This document shows, in pieces, positions 28,277-38,595 of a stretch of 62,278 bases of DNA. How positions within the stretch are numbered: the stretch's first letter is position 1; each line of letters begins with the position of its first letter. The DNA lies in the NCBI GenBank assembly GCA_964518475.1, contig CAZFGR010000010.1:1-62278 (forward strand), read 5' to 3'. The position numbers and the translations under genes were made by a program. The notes beneath the pieces were generated by a model. It saw nothing but the letters and a program-made list of their open reading frames with translations. It was not told where the DNA came from and searched no databases. This DNA comes from an uncultured Nitrososphaerota archaeon (GTDB lineage Archaea; Asgardarchaeota; Njordarchaeia; Njordarchaeales; Njordarchaeaceae).

Positions 28277-30325
28277 TTGAAAAATGCCGCAACCCCGTAC
28301 ATACTGGGCTTGGATATTCTTCCTGGGGACAGAAGAGATCCTGTCTTCGCTGCTGTAATATTGAATGAAAATGGTGAAAAACTTTTTTCGGGTGAAATAA
28401 GTAGAAATCGCTTGCTGAGCTTTATACATGAGAAAAAAATTCGCATCATAGCTATTGATAATATATTCGAGCTTTATCCCTCAACTGACGAAATAATCCA
28501 CTTCCTTAAGATATCCAAAGTGAGACTTATTCAAGTCACGGGTGCTCCAGGGAAAATGCAGAAACTTTCTCATCTAAGTAAATTGTATAAATTACATTCA
28601 GGCACAAAATTATCACCCCATGAGGCAGCTGAAGTAGCGGCAAAGCTTGCTTGGTTAGGCGTAGGATCTGAAGTTAAAGTTTTTGAAGATATAACAGAAA
28701 TAACGGTATCCCGTACCAGATCATTAGGGGAAGGTGGTCAACACCAAGCGAAGTATGCTAGAATTATTGCTTCAACGATTCAAAGTGTAGTACGGGAAAT
28801 AGAAGATACCCTAAGAAAGCACAATTTACCGTACGATATATCAATCAGAGAAGGAGACTATGGCATTAAAAGTGCTAAAATATATGTGTACGAACCCTAT
28901 GAAAAAGTCAAGGGCCTAATAAATGATTATCATGGAAGCTTATTCAGGATAGAAATTAGACCCTTAGAAAAAGAACGCTTAATATTCACTGGACGAGAGC
29001 CTCTTTCCGAAAAGAAATATTTTCTCATATGCGGTATAGATCCAGGAGAAACGACAGGCATAGCCCTTCTGGATCTTTCGGGGAACATACTATACATAGG
29101 TAGCAGGAGAGAGTTTGGATTTTCAAATATTCTTGAAACGATCTATGAGTATGGAAAGCCGGTCCTAATAGCTACCGATGTTCCTCGATTACCGCAATTC
29201 ATTGAAAAACTCTGTAAAAAAACGGGCGCGTCTCTATACATCCCAAAGCAACCAATCAGTATAAGTGAGAAAAATGAAATTGTAAGAGAACTAGGTCTTA
29301 AAGTTGCTAATACGCATGAGAGAGACGCATTAGTAGCCGCTATTATGGCTTATAAAAAGTATCAGAAAGTATTTCAACGAATTGATAAGATATTGTCCTA
29401 TATTCCTCTAGACTTGGATCCTAACGAGATAAAAAAGGACATAATTCTCGGATTATCCGTCAAGGAAGCCATATATAAAGCTTTTGAAAAAAGTATATCT
29501 TCGCTGGTAACATTGAGTGAAAAAGAAAAGAAGGTAGTGGTAACTGTTAGTGATGAAAAACTAAGAATCGAAAACGAAAAGTTAAGCAAAAAAATAGCAG
29601 AATTAGAAAAAAGAATTCACTTTCTAGAAGAAGAAATTGATTTGCTACAAAAAAGTATCAAAGAAAAGGATGCCGAAATATCATATCTTAAAGATAAGAT
29701 CTTACTAGAAAGAAGAAGATACAGACAAAAAATGATGAAAGAATTAGAAAAAGTGAAAGATCAGTACATCAGAGATTTAGAAGAAGAAATCACGCACCTT
29801 CGACTAAAGTTAGAGAGCTATCGAAAAAAGATAGAAAAACTAAACGATTTGATCCGTGAGCTACAATTAATAGTTAAAAAGAAGCCTAATGAAGTTGTTA
29901 TTAAGCGTCTTAAAACACTTAAGAAGGAGGAAATAGCTAGAATAGAGGAGATCTATGGAATAGTTCCTGGGGATGTCCTCTACGTTCAAGATCCTAGCGG
30001 TATTGGAGAAAATACTGCAAAGGATTTGGTAAGAAAGGGCGTTAAAGCAATCATTGTAGAGAGTGACTCAATTCCAGAGCAAGCTCACAGGGTGTTCGAA
30101 GACTCTAGCATTCCCATTCTATATCCTGAAGATTTTCAGCAATCCCTTAGTATGAAAGAATTTAAGGGAAATGTAATCCTAATAGATAGAGGGATCCTAG
30201 AAAAGGCTATAAAGAATTCTCGATTGAGAAGTTTACCGGAGGAGGAAAGAGAGTATTACACAGTCTTAGACATTATAAATGAATATCAAAGAAGACGCAA
30301 GAAGGAATTGCAGAATGTTGATTGA
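28277..30325 (+). CDS. DUF460 domain protein (RNase H-like domain plus long coiled coil)
   Basis: ILGLDI, IAIDNIFEL, GIDPGETTGIA, HERDALVAA, central coiled coil. Confidence 0.88.
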   Translation: MKNAATPYILGLDILPGDRRDPVFAAVILNENGEKLFSGEISRNRLLSFIHEKKIRIIAIDNIFELYPSTDEIIHFLKISKVRLIQVTGAPGKMQKLSHLSKLYKLHSGTKLSPHEAAEVAAKLAWLGVGSEVKVFEDITEITVSRTRSLGEGGQHQAKYARIIASTIQSVVREIEDTLRKHNLPYDISIREGDYGIKSAKIYVYEPYEKVKGLINDYHGSLFRIEIRPLEKERLIFTGREPLSEKKYFLICGIDPGETTGIALLDLSGNILYIGSRREFGFSNILETIYEYGKPVLIATDVPRLPQFIEKLCKKTGASLYIPKQPISISEKNEIVRELGLKVANTHERDALVAAIMAYKKYQKVFQRIDKILSYIPLDLDPNEIKKDIILGLSVKEAIYKAFEKSISSLVTLSEKEKKVVVTVSDEKLRIENEKLSKKIAELEKRIHFLEEEIDLLQKSIKEKDAEISYLKDKILLERRRYRQKMMKELEKVKDQYIRDLEEEITHLRLKLESYRKKIEKLNDLIRELQLIVKKKPNEVVIKRLKTLKKEEIARIEEIYGIVPGDVLYVQDPSGIGENTAKDLVRKGVKAIIVESDSIPEQAHRVFEDSSIPILYPEDFQQSLSMKEFKGNVILIDRGILEKAIKNSRLRSLPEEEREYYTVLDIINEYQRRRKKELQNVD

Positions 30326-30347
30326 TTCGAAAGATGGCTGGTAGTAT

Positions 30348-31637
30348 ATGGTGAAAAAACCTATAGAGATCCTTGTTGCAGAATATTTAACTGATTTTTT
30401 ATTGCGTATGAGAAAAACTAGTTTGAGAAGATTTGTATATAGAGTTCGAGAGAGAGGAAGACGAAGAAAGAAGATCCAGAATTTATTATACAATGTTATT
30501 AGTTATCTGAGATCCTTAGATAGGATAATTAGCCCATTGCTCGCAAAAGAAGATGAAAATAGTGATGAGTTCTTTATTAATCTGTTAAGAGTGCTAGCTT
30601 ATCGAATAATCTTTCAGAGAATCCCTGGAAGCACGATCTTTGAAAAGATCAAGGATTATTTTCATTCTGAAAAACGAGAAAAACTTAAGCGGTTTATCAC
30701 TGAGATTAAAGAACCTAGGCTAAGTAATGAAGTTGATAAGTTATCCTTCATATATGGATTTCCTCAATGGATGATAGAGAGAATAAAACCGTTTTTCTCT
30801 CCAGATGAGTTGCGCAGATTTCTCTCTGCTTGTAATAAACGTGGACGTTTATGGATTATAATTAATGCACTCAAGGCTTCTGAAGAAAAAGTTATTCAAC
30901 TTCTAGAAAACGAAAGATTCGAATTAGAAAAAGATTCTGAAATTCCTTACCTCTATTCGGTGGTAAAGATTCCTAAAAGAATAGATAAAACGAAAGCTTA
31001 CTGTGAAAATCTAATACTACCTATGAATAAAGCTAGTGCTGCTGTGGTTTTTGCACTTAACCCCCGTCCAGGCGAAGTGATTTTTGATATGTGTGCGGCC
31101 CCAGGAATAAAAACAGTCTATACCTCTATTCTCACTGAGAATCAGGGTAGTATTATTGCTGTAGACATTTCTAAACCTAGAATAAGAAGAATGCAACATT
31201 TGATTAAATCTTATGGAGTAACAAACGTAAGGATTATGCATGCTGATGCTCGAGAAATTTTTCCACGAAACGTACCCGACAAGATTCTGATAGACGCGCC
31301 TTGCTCATCAACTGGTATGATAAGGGAAAGTCCAGATATAAAATGGCGTGCGAAATATAATGATGTTGTAAAATTCGCCACTCTTCAGGAAGGTCTTATT
31401 GAACACGCTCTAAAAATCGCGGATTCTACTACCCAAATTATTTTCTCTACATGTTCAATATTTCCAGAAGAGGGCGAAGAAATCATAGAGAGGCTCTTAA
31501 TAAAAGGAAAGATAAAATTGATTACTGATGCTTTACCTGGGGGCTCTCCATATTATAATGAGCTAGGAAAACGCTTCTATCCTCATATCCATGATACAAT
31601 TGGGTTATATTATGCCAAATTTGCCATTAAAATGTAG
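30348..31637 (+). CDS. RsmB/NOP2 family RNA (cytosine-C5) methyltransferase
   Basis: DMCAAPGIKT, DAPCSSTG, STCS; NusB-like N-terminal region. Confidence 0.92.
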   Translation: MVKKPIEILVAEYLTDFLLRMRKTSLRRFVYRVRERGRRRKKIQNLLYNVISYLRSLDRIISPLLAKEDENSDEFFINLLRVLAYRIIFQRIPGSTIFEKIKDYFHSEKREKLKRFITEIKEPRLSNEVDKLSFIYGFPQWMIERIKPFFSPDELRRFLSACNKRGRLWIIINALKASEEKVIQLLENERFELEKDSEIPYLYSVVKIPKRIDKTKAYCENLILPMNKASAAVVFALNPRPGEVIFDMCAAPGIKTVYTSILTENQGSIIAVDISKPRIRRMQHLIKSYGVTNVRIMHADAREIFPRNVPDKILIDAPCSSTGMIRESPDIKWRAKYNDVVKFATLQEGLIEHALKIADSTTQIIFSTCSIFPEEGEEIIERLLIKGKIKLITDALPGGSPYYNELGKRFYPHIHDTIGLYYAKFAIKM

Positions 31638-31725
31638 AATCGCGTCTATCCTACTATTACAACTCTAAAAAGCATTTTTATATGAGAAGGAATTTGAAGA
31701 AAATGCAATTTCTATATCTTCACTC

Positions 31726-33105
31726 TTACCTTCTCTTTTTTCTTCTTTTATGCTCTTTTTCACTCATATATCTCGCCGCAGTTACGCCTAGAACTAGTAT
31801 GATCATGGTAACTAATAAAATACCAATCCATAATCTCCAGGGTTTCTCCTTTGTCTCCTCTTCTTTGACTTCGTATTTAACTTTTAAGGAAACCTCCTTT
31901 AATGAAAACTTACCGAATTTGGAATCTATGTGGGCTTGGATAATGATGATTCGCGAGTTATTGGGTATTAGGTCGATTCTGAATCTATAGATTCCCGGAT
32001 ATGAGATATTTTCCTCAAAATCACCTAATTTTAATGTATTATTCTCCTGATCTAGAATTTTGTAACTAAGAAAAACCGTTGCTGTACCAAATCCCTCTCC
32101 TACGTACACCCCTAGGTATCCTGGACTTAATTCAATCAAGTCCCATCCAGTAATATTAAGAATCGGGTAAATACCGAGACCTAAGAGACCCTTCTCGAGA
32201 ACTTGACTTATATAGATAAATGACGCATGAGAACTCTCTATTCCAATGCTTTTTCTCCAAATATAATTATCTAGTAGATATATCATAGTTGGGTACACAT
32301 TTTCAAAGCCAAAGATTTTGTAAGATCCTTTAATATTAGGAATCAATGAAGTATTATCATCATTAGTAAGCAAGACCCCTAAGCCCTTGAATTGCTCTAA
32401 CATTTTCTCATCTGAAGTATTTGTGATATCAATAACAACTACGTTTAAACGCGTCTCGCTACTCAGTTCTTTTTTTATGCCTTGCAACCAAGTAATGACT
32501 TCATTTATGCTTAACTCATCACTTCCATTAAGATACACTAGAATAGTGATGCCATGTAATTCGGTTATTTTTATTGTGCTCCCATTTAGTAATGTTATGT
32601 TCATGTTATTCAAAGGCCCGAAGAGAGGCGAAATAGTATATGGGAAACCATATCGATTGTAATAATATGAATACATTTTAGATAGAATGATTACACTTTC
32701 GTTCAACGGACAATCCTTGGAAACGTTTCTCGCAAAAAATGCTTCATAACCTCGAATATATGTCAGGTTTCCATTCTCCTCACTATCTATCGGCATCACA
32801 TCAATTTCTTTGATTATCTCCTTATCTATTCTCCCTTCGAACAATGAATCAAGAATCCATTCTATGGCTTCATAAGCTGTTGTAAAATTCATCCAACTTC
32901 CATTACTCAATTTTATCTTAACTGCGGGTATTGTGGCATTATACTGTGTAGTTATAGTATCTCCATAAGTATTATGGCTTATCATAATGCCTCTATTAAT
33001 AGTTGGGATAGTCATCAACGGGCCTTCCGAAACTATGGAGCCGTTAGTTATCAAAAAAGAGACTAAAAAAAGTAAAAGGAACTGTCGAATTTTCACATAA
33101 ATCAC
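31726..33105 (-). CDS. Surface-anchored type I membrane protein with Cys-less thioredoxin-like domain
   Basis: Signal peptide, many NxS/T sequons, redoxin-like segment, C-terminal TM and basic tail HKRRKKRR. Confidence 0.65.
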   Translation of the reverse strand: MIYVKIRQFLLLFLVSFLITNGSIVSEGPLMTIPTINRGIMISHNTYGDTITTQYNATIPAVKIKLSNGSWMNFTTAYEAIEWILDSLFEGRIDKEIIKEIDVMPIDSEENGNLTYIRGYEAFFARNVSKDCPLNESVIILSKMYSYYYNRYGFPYTISPLFGPLNNMNITLLNGSTIKITELHGITILVYLNGSDELSINEVITWLQGIKKELSSETRLNVVVIDITNTSDEKMLEQFKGLGVLLTNDDNTSLIPNIKGSYKIFGFENVYPTMIYLLDNYIWRKSIGIESSHASFIYISQVLEKGLLGLGIYPILNITGWDLIELSPGYLGVYVGEGFGTATVFLSYKILDQENNTLKLGDFEENISYPGIYRFRIDLIPNNSRIIIIQAHIDSKFGKFSLKEVSLKVKYEVKEEETKEKPWRLWIGILLVTMIILVLGVTAARYMSEKEHKRRKKRR

Positions 33106-33119
33106 CCATTAGTCTTCCG

Positions 33120-34196
33120 TTAACCCAGATTGGAGGGTTCTTTCTTCTTCTTATTATTCAGACCTTCTCCCATTATTACTCTCAAAAGCTTAAGTATTTC
33201 CTCTTGGCGTTCCTTACTCTCTCTTATAAACTCTAGAACTGCTGATTCTAAATCTTTAAGTGCATTAAAAATTTTCTCTAAGCTTAACTCGATGCTCTCT
33301 ATTCCCTTAGCTTGACGCTGCTCCTCTGTGGGTTTATGTATTTCTAAAGGCTGTTTTTCTATAACTTCCTCTTTAAGTGAAATAGAGGGCTTCTCTGCTT
33401 TTTCATATTCTATAGGTACTTCTCCTATAACTTCTTTTTCAATCGTAATTGTTTCCTCTGCTACAACGCTTGCGAGTTCTTCTTCTCTTTTCATGATTTC
33501 TTTAATGAGATCCTTAATAATGGGAGGCTCTTTTCTTTCTTCGAGAAACCAATACAGTATGTTAATGAATAGTTGAGCATTATCGTACTTGGTGATCCAA
33601 GAATTATCGAATATCTTGTAAGAACCCACTACTACTAATTTACCGATTCCGTAACGAGCCGAAGCAATAACAGGCATATTGGGAGGAGAATCCTCATTGC
33701 TGGTTAAAGCTATAGGTCTCGTATGCGTCTTTTGTTTAAGTATTAGAGAACAACCTTCTGGATATACTATTTCTTTCACATTAAATGTGAGATTATCGAG
33801 TTGCTTAAAGTTAACAAGTTTTATTACATTTCCTTCTTTGCCTCTAACAATATCGCATCTTGGATAGATACCACATAGTGCTGTGAGCTCAAAGAGATTA
33901 TTGGCTAGGTTGAGATCTCCAAATTTATCAAAAAGAACTAAGATATTACCGCCCCGCAGAAGAAAATCCTGCAGAATAGCCAGCTCTGTTTGATCATATT
34001 TATAAAGCTTCTTCGCTGGGAAGATAACTACTTGTGCCTGACTTATTTTGTTTTCATCGAATGTCTCCATAGTATCAGTTTTAAAACCAAGTTCTTTCAG
34101 AATCCTCGATAAAATACTATAATTTTCTTCTATATCGCCTTGAGCAGATTCTTGATCAAACAGTATTTGATACTTACCAGTCGCCAATGTATTCAC
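33120..34196 (-). CDS. GIFT-domain (IFT52/GldG/DUF4350-like) protein with C-terminal coiled coil
   Basis: ILFD, ELAILQDFLLRGGNILV, IVYPEGCSL, PPNMPVIA, GKLVVVGSYKIFDN..I.KYDNAQLFINILYW. Confidence 0.78.
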   Translation of the reverse strand: MNTLATGKYQILFDQESAQGDIEENYSILSRILKELGFKTDTMETFDENKISQAQVVIFPAKKLYKYDQTELAILQDFLLRGGNILVLFDKFGDLNLANNLFELTALCGIYPRCDIVRGKEGNVIKLVNFKQLDNLTFNVKEIVYPEGCSLILKQKTHTRPIALTSNEDSPPNMPVIASARYGIGKLVVVGSYKIFDNSWITKYDNAQLFINILYWFLEERKEPPIIKDLIKEIMKREEELASVVAEETITIEKEVIGEVPIEYEKAEKPSISLKEEVIEKQPLEIHKPTEEQRQAKGIESIELSLEKIFNALKDLESAVLEFIRESKERQEEILKLLRVIMGEGLNNKKKKEPSNLG

Positions 34197-34343
34197 ACCT
34201 ACTAGTCTTTCCAGACTAATTATGTAGGAATATTGATGTCTCTGAGAATTATTAAAACATAAATGCTATGAAAAGATTATCCCTTGTTAGCTTGACTAGT
34301 TTGCTCTTAGCAAATCTACTCATTGCACAATAAAAAGAGAATG

Positions 34344-34421
34344 TGGTGCCCCGGGCGGGATTTGAACCCGCGTCGCGGGATTGAGAGTCCCGCATGCTTG
34401 ACCGGGCTACACCACCGGGGC
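34344..34421 (-). tRNA. tRNA-Glu(CTC), CCA encoded
   Basis: GCCCCGG...CGGGA CTCTCAA TCCCG...TTCAAATCCCGC CCGGGGC A CCA. Confidence 0.97.
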
Positions 34422-34521
34422 TTACTGGAATAAGTAGTAGTCAGGCTTACATTATTCAATTCTTCATTTTAGGATATTTGCTATGATTTTTAAAATTTCT
34501 CGTTGAGAGATTTAGCCTCTC

Positions 34522-35070
34522 TTATTCTCCATAGAAGAGAATTTCATTTAGTTTCATGGTAGCGATTATTATATTCTTCTTATTCTTCTCAATATCAGAC
34601 TTATATTTTGAGAGCTCCGACAAGATCTTTCTTATTTCTTTCTGTCTATCCGCATTTGAGAAAGCTTCCATTGCACGCTTTATTTTTAGTAGGACTCGTT
34701 TTAATTCTAGCCCAATTATCTTTTTATTTAAGATTTGAGAAATATGTATAACATCACTGCTTATCATTTTTTGTGCGTGATTTTCGCGTATAGCATTTAT
34801 TATTGCGTCCTCTGTTTGTACAAAAAGTTCTGAGTAATATATAGAACCTAAGACTTCTCGGGGTATTACGATTTTAGGTTTTACTCTAATTATCGCTTTT
34901 ACGTATTCCTTTTCTATCGGTAATAACCTTACTTCGGCTTCAAAAAGCTCTGTATCAAATCTTTTTAATGCTATATCTTCCTCAGATAATAGGAGAAGAG
35001 ATCTGAGATAGTTCAATGAATGATCCACACGTTTCATCTTTTGTTCAATAGTAGCTAAGAAATCGGACAA
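34522..35070 (-). CDS. Hypothetical protein
   Basis: 182-aa ORF just downstream of rpl21e with AGGTGG SD. Confidence 0.65.
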   Translation of the reverse strand: MSDFLATIEQKMKRVDHSLNYLRSLLLLSEEDIALKRFDTELFEAEVRLLPIEKEYVKAIIRVKPKIVIPREVLGSIYYSELFVQTEDAIINAIRENHAQKMISSDVIHISQILNKKIIGLELKRVLLKIKRAMEAFSNADRQKEIRKILSELSKYKSDIEKNKKNIIIATMKLNEILFYGE

Positions 35071-35081
35071 TTTGAACCACC

Positions 35082-35375
35082 TTAACTCTGGAACGGCATT
35101 ATGTGTTCTGGCCTTGCTATAACTTTTTTCAGCTTATTACCATCTCTAACTTCTATCACATAAGCACGTCCACGCTTCTCAATTATCGTTCCTACTTTTC
35201 CATGAAATCTCGGATGAGGCATACCTTTATGTATACTTGGATCTATTTTGATGACTACTTTTTCGCCTATCTTGTAAGGGTATATTATACGACTAAGTGA
35301 CGGTAATCCTCTTTCCCTAGGTGATTTTCTCAATATTTGTCTGGTGCCAGATCGGAATCCCTTAGAATGTTTCAA
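35082..35375 (-). CDS. rpl21e: 50S ribosomal protein L21e
   Basis: HSKGFRSGTR, IDPSIHKGMPHPRFHGKVG, RPEH. Confidence 0.98.
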   Translation of the reverse strand: MKHSKGFRSGTRQILRKSPRERGLPSLSRIIYPYKIGEKVVIKIDPSIHKGMPHPRFHGKVGTIIEKRGRAYVIEVRDGNKLKKVIARPEHIMPFQS

Positions 35376-36001
35376 GGAAATCCCTCCCGAAATTTCATGA
35401 CATAATATTTTAACCCTTTCTCAAACGTATTTATAACTATCCTTCTTAACTCACTATCTCTTAAAAATGTTCTGAAATTTTCTATTATTTTCTCTCTTTT
35501 GCCAGAGATAAGTCCTAATTCGTGCATTATACGGATGATAACTGTTACGATAGCATGAGTCGCCCAATAGCTGTTATCGTCTACGATTTTAGAGTACTTA
35601 ATTATAAAAATTTCGTCTACGCGTTTTGCTATGTTTTTTAATATTCCTATAATCTCTTTTGTCTTGTTTTTATCTGGAAGTCCCAGATCGCCTAAATTAT
35701 CTATTACTATAAGGTAGTCGACTCTGTCTTTTAAAAAATCTTTTAGTGAAAGTAGAACTTGGTATGTACTTACTATCATGATATCCACACTATCCATTAT
35801 GAAAGGTAATTCGTTTTCGGATTCTCTAATACTTATCATGCCAAATCCGTAATCGTTTTTACCAAAGTATGGGGGATGATAACTACTCCAGAAACCCCAC
35901 AGAGAACTTTTTGCTCCTCTAGGAACGCCCCATATGTAGGATATTAACTCAATTAAAGACTTAAAGAATTCCTGCGTAATTCCCACTAGTAGTATTCTCA
36001 T
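35372..36001 (-). CDS. Degenerate IorB-like (2-oxoacid:ferredoxin oxidoreductase gamma-fold) protein
   Basis: MRILLVGITQ start, ISIR, VDIMIV, N..TFEKG ending; follows the IorA-like gene. Confidence 0.55.
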   Translation of the reverse strand: MRILLVGITQEFFKSLIELISYIWGVPRGAKSSLWGFWSSYHPPYFGKNDYGFGMISIRESENELPFIMDSVDIMIVSTYQVLLSLKDFLKDRVDYLIVIDNLGDLGLPDKNKTKEIIGILKNIAKRVDEIFIIKYSKIVDDNSYWATHAIVTVIIRIMHELGLISGKREKIIENFRTFLRDSELRRIVINTFEKGLKYYVMKFREGFP

Positions 36002-36011
36002 GTCTTACACC

Positions 36012-37682
36012 TTATTCTTCGAAATCCGATCTTATTTTTCCCCGAATTATAGCCTTTTTTTCACAATATAGCTCACAAAGTCCGCAACCATAACATTCAG
36101 TAGGGTCTATGAAGAATCTTCCATTTAAGTCCACCTTTATGGCACTGCAATTAGTCTCCGACAAACAAAGACCACAACCAGAGCACATTTTAGGGTCTAT
36201 AATCGCTATTTTGTCACTTTTCAGGAATTGTGTAGGTACAATGAAAATTTGTAAGCCTTTTGCATCAGTTTTTGTGAGAGCTGATAACTGGCTTACTTCT
36301 TTTAAAATGCTTACATCAAAACCTTCGTTTTCTAATAGTCTTGCATAGAAATCTACTTTGTCAGAATTTTCATTAACGTCGTATATAAAAAGACAGAAAC
36401 CTCTGCATCTTTTTTTATCTTTCAAAAACTCGCATAAAAAATTAGCACTTTCGAATAGTTCTATATCCCCTATTAGTAGCTCTTTTTCTCCTGGCAGTTT
36501 TATTAGGGGTGATCCCTGTACTTGTACACCAAGTTTCTCTCCAAGTAACGATTCGATATTAGCCACCGAACGGCCGCTATTTATACCCGAGTAAACATAT
36601 ATCTTCTCAATACCGCTTCTCCTTAACAGATTAACGACCGCGGGTATTGGAGAAGCTATATGTCTTTTAAAGACTTGTTCAAGATTATATACAAAGTTTT
36701 CCAGCTCATTCCTTTTTTTCAAAACTTTTTTTAGAATATGCCGCACTTCTTTATCAAAGATCTTTCCTAACACGTTTTCGTTTAGATAAAAAATTTGTGG
36801 AATATAATCTATATCTCCCTCAAGATACAACTTGTTAAGTTCATCCTTTAATTTGCTGGTAAGAAAATTTCCCTTAAAATCTACGAGGATAATTTCTATA
36901 GGTTCATTTCTAATTATCGTTTTAAGAAGGTCCTGAGGTAAAGGATAGGATATTCCGATTTCTACTAGTATCGGTTCTGAATGAATTTTTTCTCTCCTAA
37001 TGGTCTCTCTTACGACCATTGAAGCGTATCCTAGGGACAAGACAATAACTCTTTTCTCTCCAGGTTCCATCCTGAAAAAAGTTTCAACTCGAGATAGAGC
37101 TTTAACAATATTTTGTGTGTCTATCTTTTTAATAAACCCTTTTGGCCATGGAATATTTTTCAAAAAAGTCTCTGTACGCGAGAGAACCTCTTTTAGATCC
37201 GTTGGAAGATAATACGATAACATCTCAGTTGAAACATACATAGTAACGGGTATTTTGTATCTTCGAATAATTTCGAGCCCCACAGCCGTAGTTTCTACAA
37301 GTGTTGAAACGTCTCTCGGCTCTAGAATTATTATTCGCTGAATAGTGCTTGAAAGAACGTTCCTAAAATCAATATCTTTCTCTAATATGCAACTGGATAA
37401 TACTATAGTAAAGCTCCTTGTAAAAACTTTCATTAAACTACTCAGCGAATTTGATAATAGTTTTTCTTCATCTATTAGTACTACATTATGCTCAGCATCA
37501 TCTTTTAGCAAACCATACTCTAATAAGTCACTGAATTTCTTGTAAAGAATCATCTTGTCATATTCCTTGTTTTTATTTCTTCCTAACAATTTGATGAGAG
37601 ACGAGGGAACTATTATATTATCAACATTCATGTTTTCTAGACTCTCTATGAGATATTGCAATCCACTAAGAAATTCGACCAC
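36012..37682 (-). CDS. Degenerate IorA-like protein with C-terminal 2x[4Fe-4S] ferredoxin domain
   Basis: LEPRD...IPV, SLGYAS, GISYPLP IorA-like blocks; CSGCGLC....C and CYGCGLC...C. Confidence 0.7.
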   Translation of the reverse strand: MVEFLSGLQYLIESLENMNVDNIIVPSSLIKLLGRNKNKEYDKMILYKKFSDLLEYGLLKDDAEHNVVLIDEEKLLSNSLSSLMKVFTRSFTIVLSSCILEKDIDFRNVLSSTIQRIIILEPRDVSTLVETTAVGLEIIRRYKIPVTMYVSTEMLSYYLPTDLKEVLSRTETFLKNIPWPKGFIKKIDTQNIVKALSRVETFFRMEPGEKRVIVLSLGYASMVVRETIRREKIHSEPILVEIGISYPLPQDLLKTIIRNEPIEIILVDFKGNFLTSKLKDELNKLYLEGDIDYIPQIFYLNENVLGKIFDKEVRHILKKVLKKRNELENFVYNLEQVFKRHIASPIPAVVNLLRRSGIEKIYVYSGINSGRSVANIESLLGEKLGVQVQGSPLIKLPGEKELLIGDIELFESANFLCEFLKDKKRCRGFCLFIYDVNENSDKVDFYARLLENEGFDVSILKEVSQLSALTKTDAKGLQIFIVPTQFLKSDKIAIIDPKMCSGCGLCLSETNCSAIKVDLNGRFFIDPTECYGCGLCELYCEKKAIIRGKIRSDFEE

Positions 37683-37683
37683 T

Positions 37684-38595
37684 TTAATTCACCGTAGTGA
37701 GAATTTCAGCAGAATTCTCTTTTACCAAAACAGTATGTTCAAATTGTGCCACCCATGCCCCCCTAGCTTCAATTAGCGGTGGATAAAAATGTATTAGTCC
37801 CTGTTTACTATACATTGAAAACCTTTGAAGAAGCTTATTATACTCTTTTTGGTTCTTAACGATCCACCGTGCTGCAAATGGTAAATAATTAAACTTTCGA
37901 TAAATCACTTTAAGAAAAGTATCTCGACTTTTTTTCTTCTCATTTATTGCGAAAATATGAGTTTTTTCCCAGACAGGTATCGTAGATCCATCTCTAGATG
38001 TTGCTACTAGAAATGGTTCGATCGCTAAAATTTGTCCTTTATGCAACTTAACACCTTTCCCTTTTACAGGCTTATTTGGTATAAAAATTCCTGCATGTAG
38101 CTTCCATCGCTCAATTGAATGCCCCCCAAGATCCACAAGAACTCCAAATCCGAATTCATGCGCTTTCTTCCATACGATGTTGCTAATTTCGTTGACACGT
38201 ATACCATCTTTTATTACACTAATTGCCTCTATTAATACACTCTCTGTAGCCTTGAGTAACGATTGTATTTTAGGCGGTAGTCCCCCTACACCAATAGTGA
38301 TGGCCGCGTCCGCTATAGCACCATTAACATGCGCTCCAACATCAAGTTTAACTAATCCGATTTCTGGAATTTTCATCTTATCCCCTGGCAGACCAGCATA
38401 ATGTGCCGCAATTTCATTTATTGAAATGTTTACTGGAAATGCTGGTTTTGCTCCTTTTTTTATAATCATTTTCTCTAATTCCTCACATATTCTAAGAAGA
38501 TAGACTCCTGGTTTCAATTTTTTAGTTACTCTGAGAACTTCTGCAACGATCTGCCCAGCAGTAAACCAATCTTCAAACTTTTTGCTAATGCTCAT
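37684..38595 (-). CDS. map: Methionine aminopeptidase type II
   Basis: AFPVNISINEIAAHY, DVGAHVNGAIADAA, GHSI, AIEPF, AQFEHT. Confidence 0.97.
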   Translation of the reverse strand: MSISKKFEDWFTAGQIVAEVLRVTKKLKPGVYLLRICEELEKMIIKKGAKPAFPVNISINEIAAHYAGLPGDKMKIPEIGLVKLDVGAHVNGAIADAAITIGVGGLPPKIQSLLKATESVLIEAISVIKDGIRVNEISNIVWKKAHEFGFGVLVDLGGHSIERWKLHAGIFIPNKPVKGKGVKLHKGQILAIEPFLVATSRDGSTIPVWEKTHIFAINEKKKSRDTFLKVIYRKFNYLPFAARWIVKNQKEYNKLLQRFSMYSKQGLIHFYPPLIEARGAWVAQFEHTVLVKENSAEILTTVN

